From: Bythopirellula sp.
GTDB taxonomy: Bacteria; Planctomycetota; Planctomycetia; Pirellulales; Lacipirellulaceae
Assembly: GCA_965216565.1 (NCBI GenBank)
Contig: OZ244170.1
Coordinates: forward strand, 4,384,001 to 4,448,000
Direction: 5' to 3'
Length of the DNA: 64,000 nt
Shown here: piece after piece, positions 19,311 to 28,905 of the stretch
Layout: the number at the start of each line of letters is the position of its first letter
How positions within the stretch are numbered: position 1 is the first letter of the stretch
Notes under the pieces: generated by a model
Databases searched by the model: none
What the model was told of the DNA's origin: nothing
What the model saw: the letters and a program-made list of their open reading frames with translations, nothing else
Made by a program: the position numbers and the translations under genes

Positions 19311-19481
19311 ATCAACTCATACTAGGGGTAGTTGGAAGTAACGGCTTAGTATGCAATCAAGCAGCGGGGCCTGGAGCGGATCGGCAATTGTGCCACATTT
19401 CCCAAGCTTCCCATAGTAGCCAAAAGCTATCGCCATGCTACCTGTGGCAGGAAAGGCTAGAAAAGCCTAATAGAAGGGAAA

Positions 19482-21230
19482 TCAGAGCCCAAAGTAGAAC
19501 CGGGCGACAACCGCTTGAGGCAAAAACCCCGAGTAACCGGGGACGACGCGATCCGGGTCTTGAACAATCGTTCCTACCACAGCGATTGTCGTTCCACGTT
19601 GAATATCACCGTCTTTGGCAAAAAATGGCACCACGATCTCCGCGTCTGAATTCTCTAAGGCAAGTTCGTATAAAGTAACTTCGCCGCCTTTGCCCAAGGT
19701 GTTTGCACCAACCACGCGACCCACCAATACGCAGCCTTGATGAGGCCTGCCGTTGTGTTGCCACCAGCGTTGGCCAATGAAAGCTAGTGCATCTCGTCCG
19801 GCGGATTGACCGGCAATGTTCTCAAACAAGGTTTTGGCAGCAGCGTCATCGAGATTGGCCGAGTCCACCCCTGCGAAGTCCCAACGCTCCGCCAATCGGC
19901 AAAATGCCATGTACGCTTGGCCTTTGGTGCGTTTGGTTTCCGGCGAAGTGACTTCGCCGGCCAGGAAGCCGGGCACTGCTTGCTGGGCTTCATTTAATAA
20001 CGCACTAAACTCAGCAGCCGTCGTTCCAGTGGCGGGAAGTAATGGAGGGCTTTGTTGCTTTGGCTCGATAGGAAGCTCCGCCGCGGCGGGAATCACCGCA
20101 TCGTCTTTCAAGAGATCAGCAATCGGACTTTCCGCTTCCGGAGTGCTCTCAGCTAATTGTGTTTGAGCTGTTGGATCATCGGTTTCAATCGCAGGTTCGG
20201 TGGCGGCTAGTTGCTCGCCCCCGGAAATCTGCGGCGCAAGCAATTGCGACGTCGGGGGGGGTAGTGCGGAGCTCGGTAGCACCTGCGCTAAACCCAGATA
20301 GTCGGCACTAGGGCCACGTAACCAAAGCAATGCGTATTGACCCAGCGTTGTGCCAATCAAAGCAAACAGCAGAAACACACCTGATAGACGAGCGAGTGAA
20401 TTTGTCTTGCGGCGCAGTTTGGTGTGGACCGGCTTTTCTTCTTCAGATGCTAAATCGTTGCCGGTCTGGGCAACTGCGGCTGGTATAGTTGTTTCGAGAG
20501 CAGGAATTGAGGAGGCCGCTGTGGGCGGCACTTCTAGTTCGGCAACGTTTTCGGTCGAGGTCGACTCGAACCACTCGGCGGTCTTCGTCAATTCCTCTGG
20601 GGTTGCCGACTCATGCTCAATCGGCGTTTCATCCGGCGGATCCATTTGGAAATCGAATTGCGGCGAGTCCTCGAGCGAAGTTGATCCCAGCCCCGCAACC
20701 GCCGCTTCGAAAGGTTCTTCCGGGTTTTCTTCCAGTGATTTCTCAGGCGAAAGCGCGTTTGAATCTATGTCTGCATTCGCCATGGAGTTTTCTTCAGCAT
20801 TCGAATCTATAGCCGAACGAATACGCTCTTCCCAACCAACGAGTTCTTCCGAATCGGCAACAACCGTCTCCGCACTGCTTGCCGCGGGGGTGAGATCATC
20901 TAGCGATACCGGTTGAGGAGTCTCAGGCGTCTCCTTCGAAACGAACTCATGCTCCAGTGGAAGTTCCACGGGATCGGGAAGAATCATCGTTTCGTCGGCA
21001 GCACTGGCCTCGGGATAGGTAATTGGCTCTGGATGGATCTCTGGTTCGGCAACCGGTTCTGGTTCCGGCAATTTTACTATCAATTGGGCTGCGGCTAACG
21101 TGCGGTGCTCGGCCTCTGCCAAAGAGAATTCCGCCCGACACTCCGGGCACTGCGCATAGTCGCTTTCGCTAGCCGCTTCGGGAAGGGCAAGTTGCGCAGC
21201 GCACTGAGGGCAAGTAGCGATCGAAGACAT
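19482..21230 (-). CDS. Zinc-ribbon, acidic-linker, single-TM hypothetical protein
   Basis: CPQC...CPEC N-terminus, long E/P-rich region, TM segment. Confidence 0.8.
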   Translation of the reverse strand: MSSIATCPQCAAQLALPEAASESDYAQCPECRAEFSLAEAEHRTLAAAQLIVKLPEPEPVAEPEIHPEPITYPEASAADETMILPDPVELPLEHEFVSKETPETPQPVSLDDLTPAASSAETVVADSEELVGWEERIRSAIDSNAEENSMANADIDSNALSPEKSLEENPEEPFEAAVAGLGSTSLEDSPQFDFQMDPPDETPIEHESATPEELTKTAEWFESTSTENVAELEVPPTAASSIPALETTIPAAVAQTGNDLASEEEKPVHTKLRRKTNSLARLSGVFLLFALIGTTLGQYALLWLRGPSADYLGLAQVLPSSALPPPTSQLLAPQISGGEQLAATEPAIETDDPTAQTQLAESTPEAESPIADLLKDDAVIPAAAELPIEPKQQSPPLLPATGTTAAEFSALLNEAQQAVPGFLAGEVTSPETKRTKGQAYMAFCRLAERWDFAGVDSANLDDAAAKTLFENIAGQSAGRDALAFIGQRWWQHNGRPHQGCVLVGRVVGANTLGKGGEVTLYELALENSDAEIVVPFFAKDGDIQRGTTIAVVGTIVQDPDRVVPGYSGFLPQAVVARFYFGL

Positions 21231-21277
21231 AAGTGAATGATTTAGTTGAGATATGTCATGTTGTCGGCTCTTTGATG

Positions 21278-21457
21278 AACCACAAAGACACGAAGATCAC
21301 TAAGTACGGCATCAAAGTTCGAGCGAGCGATGTTCAAACGCGGTGAATGGCTTCTCTAAAAAATCTTCTGCCAAGCCGCAGGTATTTGAGATTCGATCTG
21401 TACGAAACAAGTCAAAACTCCGTTCAAGCTCTTTGTGCCCTTCGTGTCTTCGTGGTT
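21278..21457. repeat. Inverted pair of 9-mer-periodic repeats
   Basis: aaccacaaagacacgaagatcactaag / ctttgtgcccttcgtgtcttcgtggtt. Confidence 0.8.
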
Positions 21458-21564
21458 CAGTAAAAACATAGCATTCAGCTATCAAAGTCCATTCTATCAC
21501 AGAGAAATAGGTCCCTCCGACCAGGTTTTTCGAGCTAGCACTGTGATTAAGGAGTTTGACGCTG

Positions 21565-23082
21565 CTACAGTCCGTATAGTTCGCCGAACTTACCACTTAG
21601 ATGCCGCATTAGTGCCTCGTGATCCAGTGGTTTGCCAGTCACCCGTTGAACTAATTCCGCAGGTGAATACCGCCTCCCCTGCTGATGAATGTTCTCACGC
21701 AGCCACTCGCGAAGCGGCTGAAACTCCCCTCGACGGAACTGATCATCCAGGTCTCCCAAGTCTTCTTGGGCCTGTTCAAAGAACTGCGCCGCGTAGAGAT
21801 TGCCGAGCGAGTAAGTTGGGAAATACCCAAATAGCCCGGCGCTCCAGTGGACATCTTGTAGCACGCCCTCGGTGTCGGTCGGAACGTCGATGCCCAGGTA
21901 GTGACGATACTTTTCATTCCAAGCCCCCGGCAAATCGGCGACGGGCAATCGATCCTCGATCAGTGCCAATTCCAATTCAAAGCGAATCAGTATGTGCAAG
22001 TTGTAAGTCACCTCGTCGGCATCCACCCGTATGAGCGAGGGCCGCACGTCGTTTACCGCCCAGTGAAACTCAGCAAGCGACACATCTTTCAATGCGGACG
22101 GAAACTCGGCTTGTGCCTGCGGGTAAAAATGTTCCCAAAACGGTCGACTCAGCGCCACTTGGTTCTCCCACATCCGCGATTGCGACTCGTGGATGCCCAT
22201 CGATACATCCTCGCCAATGGGCAGACCATAATGTTCTCGGGGCAAGCCTTGGTCGTAGATGCCATGGCCCGCCTCATGCAAGGTGCTGAAAAACGCGTCG
22301 CTGAAACTGTTTTGATCGAATCGCGTAGTGAGCCGCACGTCGCCGGGACCAAGCCCCGTGCAAAACGGATGGACTGACTTATCAATTCGCCCTGCCTGGA
22401 GATCAAAGCCAATCTTCTCCGCCACTGTTCTGCCGAACGATTGCTGCACGTCGATTGGGTATTCGCGCTGGACGATATCGACCGGCGCTTCCCGACCGCA
22501 CTCGGCAATGGACTTCACGAGTGGAACGAGCGCGTCGCGCAAACCTTCCAGCACCACTTTCACATTGGCGGTTTGCTCATCTTGTTCGTAATCATCGAGT
22601 AACGGGTCGTAAGGTGTCGTGTCGTAACCGACGGCCGCTGCCTCTTGCCGCCTAAGATCGAGAATTCTCTCGAGCTTGGGTTGGAACTGGGCGAAGTCGT
22701 TTGCCTTGCGAGCTTCGATCCATGTTTGTTGACCTAGCGTTGTAGCCCGTGCGAGTTCCTCGACCAAATCCTGTGGCAACTTGGCTTGCTTTTCGTAGTC
22801 GCGACGGAGTTGCCGAATGTTCGCGCCGCTATCGCTATGCGGATCGGCAGCGAGGGGGCTATCGACGAGTTCGGCCAGATACTCGCCCACGCGCGGTTCG
22901 GTCTGTTTGCGATGCGCCAGCCCCGCCAGGTACGCGATCTGCTCCGCCCGATAGTCGCCGCCGGCCGGGGGCAACTGCGTTTGTTCGTCCCAATCCAGTA
23001 AATCGCCAATGGACGAAAGCAGTTTTACTTCGCGAGCATGATCGCACAGCTTGTCGTAAGTGTCTTCGTGAGTGACGGGCAT
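21565..23082 (-). CDS. Carboxypeptidase, M32 (Taq) family
   Basis: HPF, HEAGH, HESQSR, IRVDADE, GVLQDVHW, YFPTYSLGN. Confidence 0.95.
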   Translation of the reverse strand: MPVTHEDTYDKLCDHAREVKLLSSIGDLLDWDEQTQLPPAGGDYRAEQIAYLAGLAHRKQTEPRVGEYLAELVDSPLAADPHSDSGANIRQLRRDYEKQAKLPQDLVEELARATTLGQQTWIEARKANDFAQFQPKLERILDLRRQEAAAVGYDTTPYDPLLDDYEQDEQTANVKVVLEGLRDALVPLVKSIAECGREAPVDIVQREYPIDVQQSFGRTVAEKIGFDLQAGRIDKSVHPFCTGLGPGDVRLTTRFDQNSFSDAFFSTLHEAGHGIYDQGLPREHYGLPIGEDVSMGIHESQSRMWENQVALSRPFWEHFYPQAQAEFPSALKDVSLAEFHWAVNDVRPSLIRVDADEVTYNLHILIRFELELALIEDRLPVADLPGAWNEKYRHYLGIDVPTDTEGVLQDVHWSAGLFGYFPTYSLGNLYAAQFFEQAQEDLGDLDDQFRRGEFQPLREWLRENIHQQGRRYSPAELVQRVTGKPLDHEALMRHLSGKFGELYGL

Positions 23083-23088
23083 TGTTTA

Positions 23089-23169
23089 GGGGCTGGGTGC
23101 TAGGGACTAGGGGCTAGAATGTGCTAGTCTGTGTTCTATCACATTCCCTAGTCCCTAGCACCTAGCCCC
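23089..23169. repeat. Inverted arrays of 7-mer (CTAGGGG-like) repeats
   Basis: ggggctgggtgctagggactagggg ... ccctagtccctagcacctagcccc. Confidence 0.8.
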
Positions 23170-23181
23170 AAACTCCTCCCA

Positions 23182-23871
23182 ATGCTCGACATTCTTGTAA
23201 TTGCACCTCATCCCGACGACGCCGAACTCGGTATGGGCGGGGCCATTTTAAAATTCAAAGCGGAGGGGCTCCGCGTTGGCGTGCTCGATCTCACCAACGG
23301 CGAACCGACGCCGCATGGTTCGCCGGAGATTCGCGCCGCAGAGACCGCCCAGGCGACGGAAATCTTGGACCTCGATTGGCGAGAGAATCTGGGGCTTCCC
23401 AATCGCAGTCTCCAGCCAACGCTCGAAGCACGTGCCCAACTCGCAGGGGTGTTCCGTCAACAACGACCGCGGTGGTTGTTCGCGCCGTATTGGGAAGACG
23501 CTCATCCCGATCACCTGGCAGCGACGGAACTGGTCGACGCCGCCCGCTTTTGGGCGAAGCTATCGAAGACTGACATGCCGGGCGAGCCCCATCATCCCGA
23601 GCGGATATACAATTACTACTGTGTGCATCTCAAGCACGCCGCGCAGCCTGCGTTTGTGCTCGACATCAGCGATCATTGGGAGCAGAAGTTGGCATCGATT
23701 CGCGTCTACGAAAGCCAATTCATCACCGGCCGCCCCACCGAGCCGCCCACGTTCCTCGACCAACTCCGCGACGAAGCCGCCTACTGGGGCCGCGTGATCG
23801 GCAAGCAATACGGCGAACCATTTAACTGTTGCGAACCGCTTGCGCTGAGCAGCATGTCGACGCTTGTGTGA
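23182..23871 (+). CDS. bshB1: BshB1-like PIG-L family deacetylase
   Basis: PHPDDAELGMGG, DLTNGE, HPDH. Confidence 0.8.
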   Translation: MLDILVIAPHPDDAELGMGGAILKFKAEGLRVGVLDLTNGEPTPHGSPEIRAAETAQATEILDLDWRENLGLPNRSLQPTLEARAQLAGVFRQQRPRWLFAPYWEDAHPDHLAATELVDAARFWAKLSKTDMPGEPHHPERIYNYYCVHLKHAAQPAFVLDISDHWEQKLASIRVYESQFITGRPTEPPTFLDQLRDEAAYWGRVIGKQYGEPFNCCEPLALSSMSTLV

Positions 23872-23886
23872 ACGAGAATTCGAGCC

Positions 23887-23940
23887 TAGTCGCGATCTGA
23901 CAGATCGCCGGGGGCCATGCGATGTGTGGCATCGCGGCTA
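23887..23940. repeat. Tail-to-tail REP doublet (family A + B)
   Basis: TAGTCGCGATCTGACAGATCGCCGG + revcomp TAGCCGCGATGCCACACATCGCATGG. Confidence 0.9.
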
Positions 23941-23982
23941 TTCTTGTGTGTGCTAATTCTACTAACATGGTAGAATAAAGTT

Positions 23983-24186
23983 ATGCACCAAGACCGCAAA
24001 GTTATCATTCGAAAGTCAACACTTGCCGAGCAGGGTAATGAGACGGACCTCATGCACCTCTCTCCCGGCGAGAGGATGGGCATGATTGAACAGATTACAA
24101 TCGATGCTTGGGCCATGAGAGGCGAGAATATTGCTGAACAAAGACTACAAAGACATGTTGTCTGCCTTAAACGAGGCGGGAGTTGA
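23983..24186 (+). CDS. Small hypothetical protein, partner of downstream nucleotidyltransferase
   Basis: 67 aa; TG-G-TAGAAT 6 nt upstream; overlaps the next gene. Confidence 0.7.
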   Translation: MHQDRKVIIRKSTLAEQGNETDLMHLSPGERMGMIEQITIDAWAMRGENIAEQRLQRHVVCLKRGGS

Positions 24187-24586
24187 GTACCTCGTTGTTG
24201 GCGCATTTGCGATGGCTGCCCATGACACACCTCGGGCAACCGTAGATATCGATATTTGGGTACGCCCCTCCAAAGAGAACTCACAGAAAGTGTGGAAAGC
24301 AATAGTCGAATTCGGTGCGCCACATAGCGGAGTGAGCGTCGATGACTTCAGCACACCCGATACGATTTTCCAAATTGGTGTTGCACCTCGGCGAATCGAT
24401 ATTCTGACTTCAATCTCAGGCGTTGAGTTTGAGGAGGCTTGGGTAAATCGGATGCACTCTACAATGGAGGCACTTCAAGTTCCCGTGCTTGGATTCGCCG
24501 AATTGATAGCGAACAAGCGCGCTTCAGGCCGTCCGAAAGACCTGGTTGACGCTGACTGGCTGGAAGAAAGACGCGGGAAAAACTAG
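24131..24586 (+). CDS. Minimal nucleotidyltransferase-fold protein
   Basis: YLVVGAFA...PRATVDIDIW...IDIL...NKRASGRPKD..D. Confidence 0.8.
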   Translation: MLNKDYKDMLSALNEAGVEYLVVGAFAMAAHDTPRATVDIDIWVRPSKENSQKVWKAIVEFGAPHSGVSVDDFSTPDTIFQIGVAPRRIDILTSISGVEFEEAWVNRMHSTMEALQVPVLGFAELIANKRASGRPKDLVDADWLEERRGKN

Positions 24587-24592
24587 TGTGCC

Positions 24593-24892
24593 ATGGCTAG
24601 CTCACCCGACAAAGCGCCGTTTCGCTTTTCGCTGCGTGCTCTGCTACTAACAACCACAGCGATCGCATTCTTAGCGGCATTGGGTGGTAGGGAATCGGGC
24701 AGAGTGTATCTGATGGTAATTCTGCTCGTCCTAGGATGGAGTGCTGTCACTGCGAGTCTTCTATCATCTGTGAGTCACGCGGATGTTCCAGGTTGGTTTA
24801 CCATTGCCCGATTAACGCTACTCTCGATCCTTGCCGTCATTTTCGGGCTATTGCTTTTGGACGTAGTGGCCCTCTACATCTACGATTCCTGA
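24593..24892 (+). CDS. Small membrane protein with FRFSLR leader
   Basis: Three hydrophobic segments; N-terminus paralogous to 25065 ORF. Confidence 0.75.
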   Translation: MASSPDKAPFRFSLRALLLTTTAIAFLAALGGRESGRVYLMVILLVLGWSAVTASLLSSVSHADVPGWFTIARLTLLSILAVIFGLLLLDVVALYIYDS

Positions 24893-24947
24893 GCTTACTT
24901 TGCGCTCGGGACGATGTAAGTGTGAGTTTAAATTCGACATCGAAAAG

Positions 24948-25021
24948 CAGCCGCGATGCCACAGTTCACTCGCCGAGGCGAGCATCGCATGGCCCCCCGG
25001 CGATCCGTAAGATCGCGGCTA
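24948..25021. repeat. Tail-to-tail REP doublet (B with loop insertion + A)
   Basis: CAGCCGCGATGC-CACA[18 nt]-GCATCGCATGG; CCGGCGATCCGTAAGATCGCGGCTA. Confidence 0.9.
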
Positions 25022-25064
25022 TTCTTCTGTGTAGACCGCTAGCCAGTGTTACAATATACGTGCC

Positions 25065-25472
25065 ATGGCTAGCCCACCAGACAACACGGAATTTCGCTTT
25101 TCGCTGCGGTATCTGTTTGGAGTGACAACAGCGATTGCAATCGTTGCTGCTCTTTGTGCAGGTGACTCTGATCTCGCAATGACACTTCGGCTCCTAATAG
25201 TTAGTTCGTCGGTAATTAGCATAGTTTTTTTAACTCCCGCAGCTTTCTGCAGTTGGCTTGCACAGGTCGACAATAAGTATCTGCGTTTCCCTCTCTTCGT
25301 TTGCTCATTCTGCGGTGTCATGTCTCTGCTGGTTGGAACGGTTTACTATTTGGGTCAAGAAACGTTCTACTACGGAGTCTCGTCATCTACTATCTGGGTA
25401 TTCGTTCTGGCTGGACTTAGCTTGTGCGGACTTGCAGTTTACGTTCGTAGCCGATATGCCCGTCGAAGCTAG
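25065..25472 (+). CDS. Small membrane protein with FRFSLR leader
   Basis: Four hydrophobic segments; TACAAT upstream. Confidence 0.75.
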   Translation: MASPPDNTEFRFSLRYLFGVTTAIAIVAALCAGDSDLAMTLRLLIVSSSVISIVFLTPAAFCSWLAQVDNKYLRFPLFVCSFCGVMSLLVGTVYYLGQETFYYGVSSSTIWVFVLAGLSLCGLAVYVRSRYARRS

Positions 25473-25507
25473 CGTATCGAGTGCACGCTTTTTCTCATCT
25501 ATCTCCA

Positions 25508-25561
25508 TAGCCGCGAGTCTACGACTCGCAGGCCCCCCGGCGACGCGTAGCGTCGCGGCTA
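25508..25561. repeat. Tail-to-tail family-A REP doublet
   Basis: TAGCCGCGAGTCTACGACTCGCAGG + CCGGCGACGCGTAGCGTCGCGGCTA. Confidence 0.92.
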
Positions 25562-25740
25562 CTTAATGCGCACGGATAAACTGCCCGCTAGCCCCGCTAG
25601 CACTCCTGCCTCCACGATTTTCTCTCCAGTCGCAGCACCTAGGCTGCCGATGTTAGCGACGATGGCACGGAACGCTGAAGCGATCCTCGCTATTGCCAAT
25701 TGAAAGGGGGGCCACCTTTCATTGGAATCTTATCTGCAAC

Positions 25741-26841
25741 ATGCGTGGGACGCTGCTCACTATCGCTGCTTTGGCCTGCTGCGTCGTTCTCTCGACGACC
25801 GGATGCCATCTGGTGCTGCCCAAGGTTTCGCATCAACCGGTGATTCGCAATCCGTTTCCGCAGTTGAGCCGTGTCGCGGTTGCACCGTTTTTCAACCATA
25901 GCGACGAAGCGACTCTCGACGCCCGTCAGTTCTCGATGGCCTACTTTGCCGAGCTGCAAGAGATTCCCGGCTTCGAGGTTGTGCCGCTCAATACGGTCGA
26001 AGAAGCAATCATTCGTCACCAAATCGATCTCAACGGACCGGGCGAAGCGCGCAGGCTTGCCGAAATTTTGGGCGTCGATGCTGTCGTGGTGGGCGGCGTC
26101 ACGGACTATACGCCCTATTATCCCCCACGCTGCGGACTGCGTGTGGAATGGTACACGGCCAACCCCGGCTTCCACGAAATCCCTGCCGGCTACGGCTTGC
26201 CTTGGAATACACCGCAGGAAGAGTTCATTCCCGATTCGCTCGTTTACGAATCGCAGATGGCACTGGCCCGCGCTCAGATGGCCACGCAAACCCCCGACTG
26301 CACAGGTGGCACGCACGCACTACCGGCACCTCCCATGGCCACAGAGGAGCCGCAATCCAGCGACCCGTTTGAGGCCGACGACCTACAACTCGCCCAAGCA
26401 GAGGAAGAATTATTCGAACCTGAAATGAACGAAGTGCCAGCAGAGGAGTTGTCTGCAGAAGGTATTACGAGCGGTTCAGAACAGACAACCCTAGAAGGCG
26501 GAGCAATCGCTACAACCGACATGTTGCCTACGAACTGGCCGGATGAAAGCTGTTTCGCACCAGCAGCACCGCAAGCAAACCGACCTGCTTGCGTGCCCAA
26601 TCATGGGCCGGTTTTGTCGCACACACGCATCTATCGGGGCACCGACCCAGACGTAACAGACGCTTTAAAAAGCTATGTTTACTACCGCGACGATGCTCGT
26701 TTCGGGGGTTGGGAATCGTACCTGCAGCGGAGCGACGACTTTGTTCGCTTCTGCTGTCACAAGCACATCGCCGAGATGCTGTCTGCGCGCGGAGGAAGTC
26801 GCAAAACCCGTGTGGTGTGGCGCTGGCCGGACGACCGATAG
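25741..26841 (+). CDS. Hypothetical lipoprotein
   Basis: Lipobox-like LSTTGC; VAVAPFFN...LGVDAVVVG CsgG-like segment. Confidence 0.75.
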   Translation: MRGTLLTIAALACCVVLSTTGCHLVLPKVSHQPVIRNPFPQLSRVAVAPFFNHSDEATLDARQFSMAYFAELQEIPGFEVVPLNTVEEAIIRHQIDLNGPGEARRLAEILGVDAVVVGGVTDYTPYYPPRCGLRVEWYTANPGFHEIPAGYGLPWNTPQEEFIPDSLVYESQMALARAQMATQTPDCTGGTHALPAPPMATEEPQSSDPFEADDLQLAQAEEELFEPEMNEVPAEELSAEGITSGSEQTTLEGGAIATTDMLPTNWPDESCFAPAAPQANRPACVPNHGPVLSHTRIYRGTDPDVTDALKSYVYYRDDARFGGWESYLQRSDDFVRFCCHKHIAEMLSARGGSRKTRVVWRWPDDR

Positions 26842-27090
26842 AGTTTTCTAGGGCCAGATGCACTCTTGCACAAATTCGGTACGTTCGTTTCGACGAGCGA
26901 AGCCAGTTCAAGCGGTTTTGTCTTGCCCTACCCGAATCGCCGATTGGCCTGCCCGTGGTCAATTCGATCAAGTCGTTGGCGACAGACCTCGCCGCGGCAG
27001 ATCACCTCCCGCACGCCCTTGCTGCCACGGAATCGGCAACGTGGATGCATGGCTGCCAACAGACGCCTGCCGCACTGGAGCTGCAAAGTA

Positions 27091-27333
27091 GTGAACGACG
27101 ACGACATCAATGTACTTGCGTTAGTCAAGGGAAGCGAACGTTACATCTTTTTGTTCGACGATACCCAGCGCGCCGAGGCCCTGCGCACCCTGGGTCGCTA
27201 TGCCTCGAACCCAGATCTAAGCTTCACTTGGTACGACGCGGCTGTGCTCAGCCAAAAGGTGCGCCAAACGGGACCGGCCGACAAGTCGCTCAACCGCATC
27301 AGCCTGCCACTGCCGTCGGATCTCGAGGAGTGA
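27091..27333 (+). CDS. Small hypothetical protein
   Basis: GGAG SD then GTG; DINVLALVKGSERYIFLFDD...FTWYDAAVLSQK. Confidence 0.7.
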   Translation: MNDDDINVLALVKGSERYIFLFDDTQRAEALRTLGRYASNPDLSFTWYDAAVLSQKVRQTGPADKSLNRISLPLPSDLEE

Positions 27334-27405
27334 TAGCCCACGGCTCGGCCGTGAGATCGATGCGGGTTGGTCAGTAATCCCCCGCCCAAGGCGAGGGCTA
27401 AGACG

Positions 27406-28305
27406 ATGCAACGACAGATATCTCGATTCCTTCAATACCTGCGAGTGGAGCGGGCTTCTTCGCCTCATACGCTGAAGGGCTATCGGGAAGACCTGGAAAC
27501 GTTCGTCGAATATTTCCAGGATGAGGACGGCGACTGTCCCGATCCGGCTGAGCTGACGGCTGTCGAACTCCGCGGTTTCCTCGCAGCGCTGCACGATGCG
27601 GGTTACGCGAAGACGTCGATCGCTCGCAAACTGGCGTCGCTGCGTAGCTTTTATCGCTTTGGTCAGCGTGAGGGCTGGGTCGATCACAATCCGGCCAAGG
27701 CATTGCGAAACCCACGCAAAGCCAAAAAGCTGCCGCACTTTCTTTCAACCGCTGAGATCGGCAAGCTGCTTTCCGCCCCGCCAAGCGACGAACCTCTGGG
27801 CTTGCGCGATCGGGCGATTCTAGAAACGCTCTACTCCGCTGGTCTACGTGTCAGCGAGTTGGTGGGCCTGTGCGATGGCGATCTCGACTTCGCACAGAGC
27901 ATTGTCCGCGTCCGCGGCAAAGGCCGCAAAGAACGGCTTTCGCCCCTGGGTTCCTATGCCACGCGAGCATTACGGCGGTGGATGAAAGCAAGAGTCTTGT
28001 CGTCCAAAGAACCGCACGACCACAAAGCGCCGGTGTTCGTCAACAAATTTGGCACACGTCTGACGGCTCGCAGCGTGGGACGTATGTTGGAAAAACATCT
28101 ACAGGAGGCGGGGCTCGACAATCGCACAAGTCCCCACACGCTGAGGCATAGCTTTGCGACGCATCTGCTCGATCGTGGCGCCGACATTCGTAGCGTGCAA
28201 GAACTCCTAGGTCACAAGAGCCTGGAAACTACGCAAATCTACACGCACGTCAGCACAAGCAATCTGCGAGCGGCGTACGAGAAGGCTCACCCTCGGGCGA
28301 GGTAG
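27406..28305 (+). CDS. xerC: Tyrosine recombinase XerC
   Basis: [52 protein letters not shown]. Confidence 0.9.
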   Translation: MQRQISRFLQYLRVERASSPHTLKGYREDLETFVEYFQDEDGDCPDPAELTAVELRGFLAALHDAGYAKTSIARKLASLRSFYRFGQREGWVDHNPAKALRNPRKAKKLPHFLSTAEIGKLLSAPPSDEPLGLRDRAILETLYSAGLRVSELVGLCDGDLDFAQSIVRVRGKGRKERLSPLGSYATRALRRWMKARVLSSKEPHDHKAPVFVNKFGTRLTARSVGRMLEKHLQEAGLDNRTSPHTLRHSFATHLLDRGADIRSVQELLGHKSLETTQIYTHVSTSNLRAAYEKAHPRAR

Positions 28306-28352
28306 CCGTGTGTTGCATGGCAACACGGCTGATCTTGTACCTAATTGACTTA

Positions 28353-28424
28353 TAGCCGCGATGCCACAGTTCACACGCCGAGGCGAGCATCGCAAGGCCC
28401 CGGCGATCCGTCGGATCGCGGCTA
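28353..28424. repeat. Tail-to-tail REP doublet (B with loop insertion + A)
   Basis: Near-identical to 24948-25021. Confidence 0.9.
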
Positions 28425-28696
28425 TTCTGCAAAATACCTGTAACACCGTCTTGGGTTTTACGCTTGAACTCTCAGAGTAAGCCGTGTCGTCCCCGACCAT
28501 AGCTTACCGGAGAAATGCGTCGGCGGTGGTGGTTTTACACGTAAGCAGGCAACTTACCGGCACGAGGGGTGCCGGCCACATACCGCCGGCGTTTTTATCT
28601 AAATTTGCCCACGAATTCGATCTCCTCGGCATAACCCGAACCCTCAGGATGTTGTATTTCGAGACTTTGTTGACCACAGGCATCCCGCGACGTAGA

Positions 28697-28744
28697 TATT
28701 TAGCGACACCGTTATCTAGCGACACCGCTATTTAGCGACGCCTA
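28697..28744. repeat. Three tandem 16-bp direct repeats upstream of the NtrC-family regulator
   Basis: tatttagcgacaccgt / tatctagcgacaccgc / tatttagcgacgccta. Confidence 0.8.
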
Positions 28745-28905
28745 GGGCCGACCCTCCCCACCGGTAGCCACCAGTTTTGCGCCACTCCCCAGCGCCTTGC
28801 TACCGCTTCTCCTAGGCAAACGAAAACCAATTAATCGCATAGACTTGCGTTGGGGAGATCTGTTTTCAGGTTCCCGAGCGCCAATTGCCAAGAGAAGAGG
28901 GCGCG

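Noticed and set aside
23887..28424. Classical integron (tyrosine recombinase plus attC cassettes)
   Set aside because: The recombinase looks like ordinary XerC with no visible IntI-specific insertion, and the hairpins lack RYYYAAC/GTTRRRY ends
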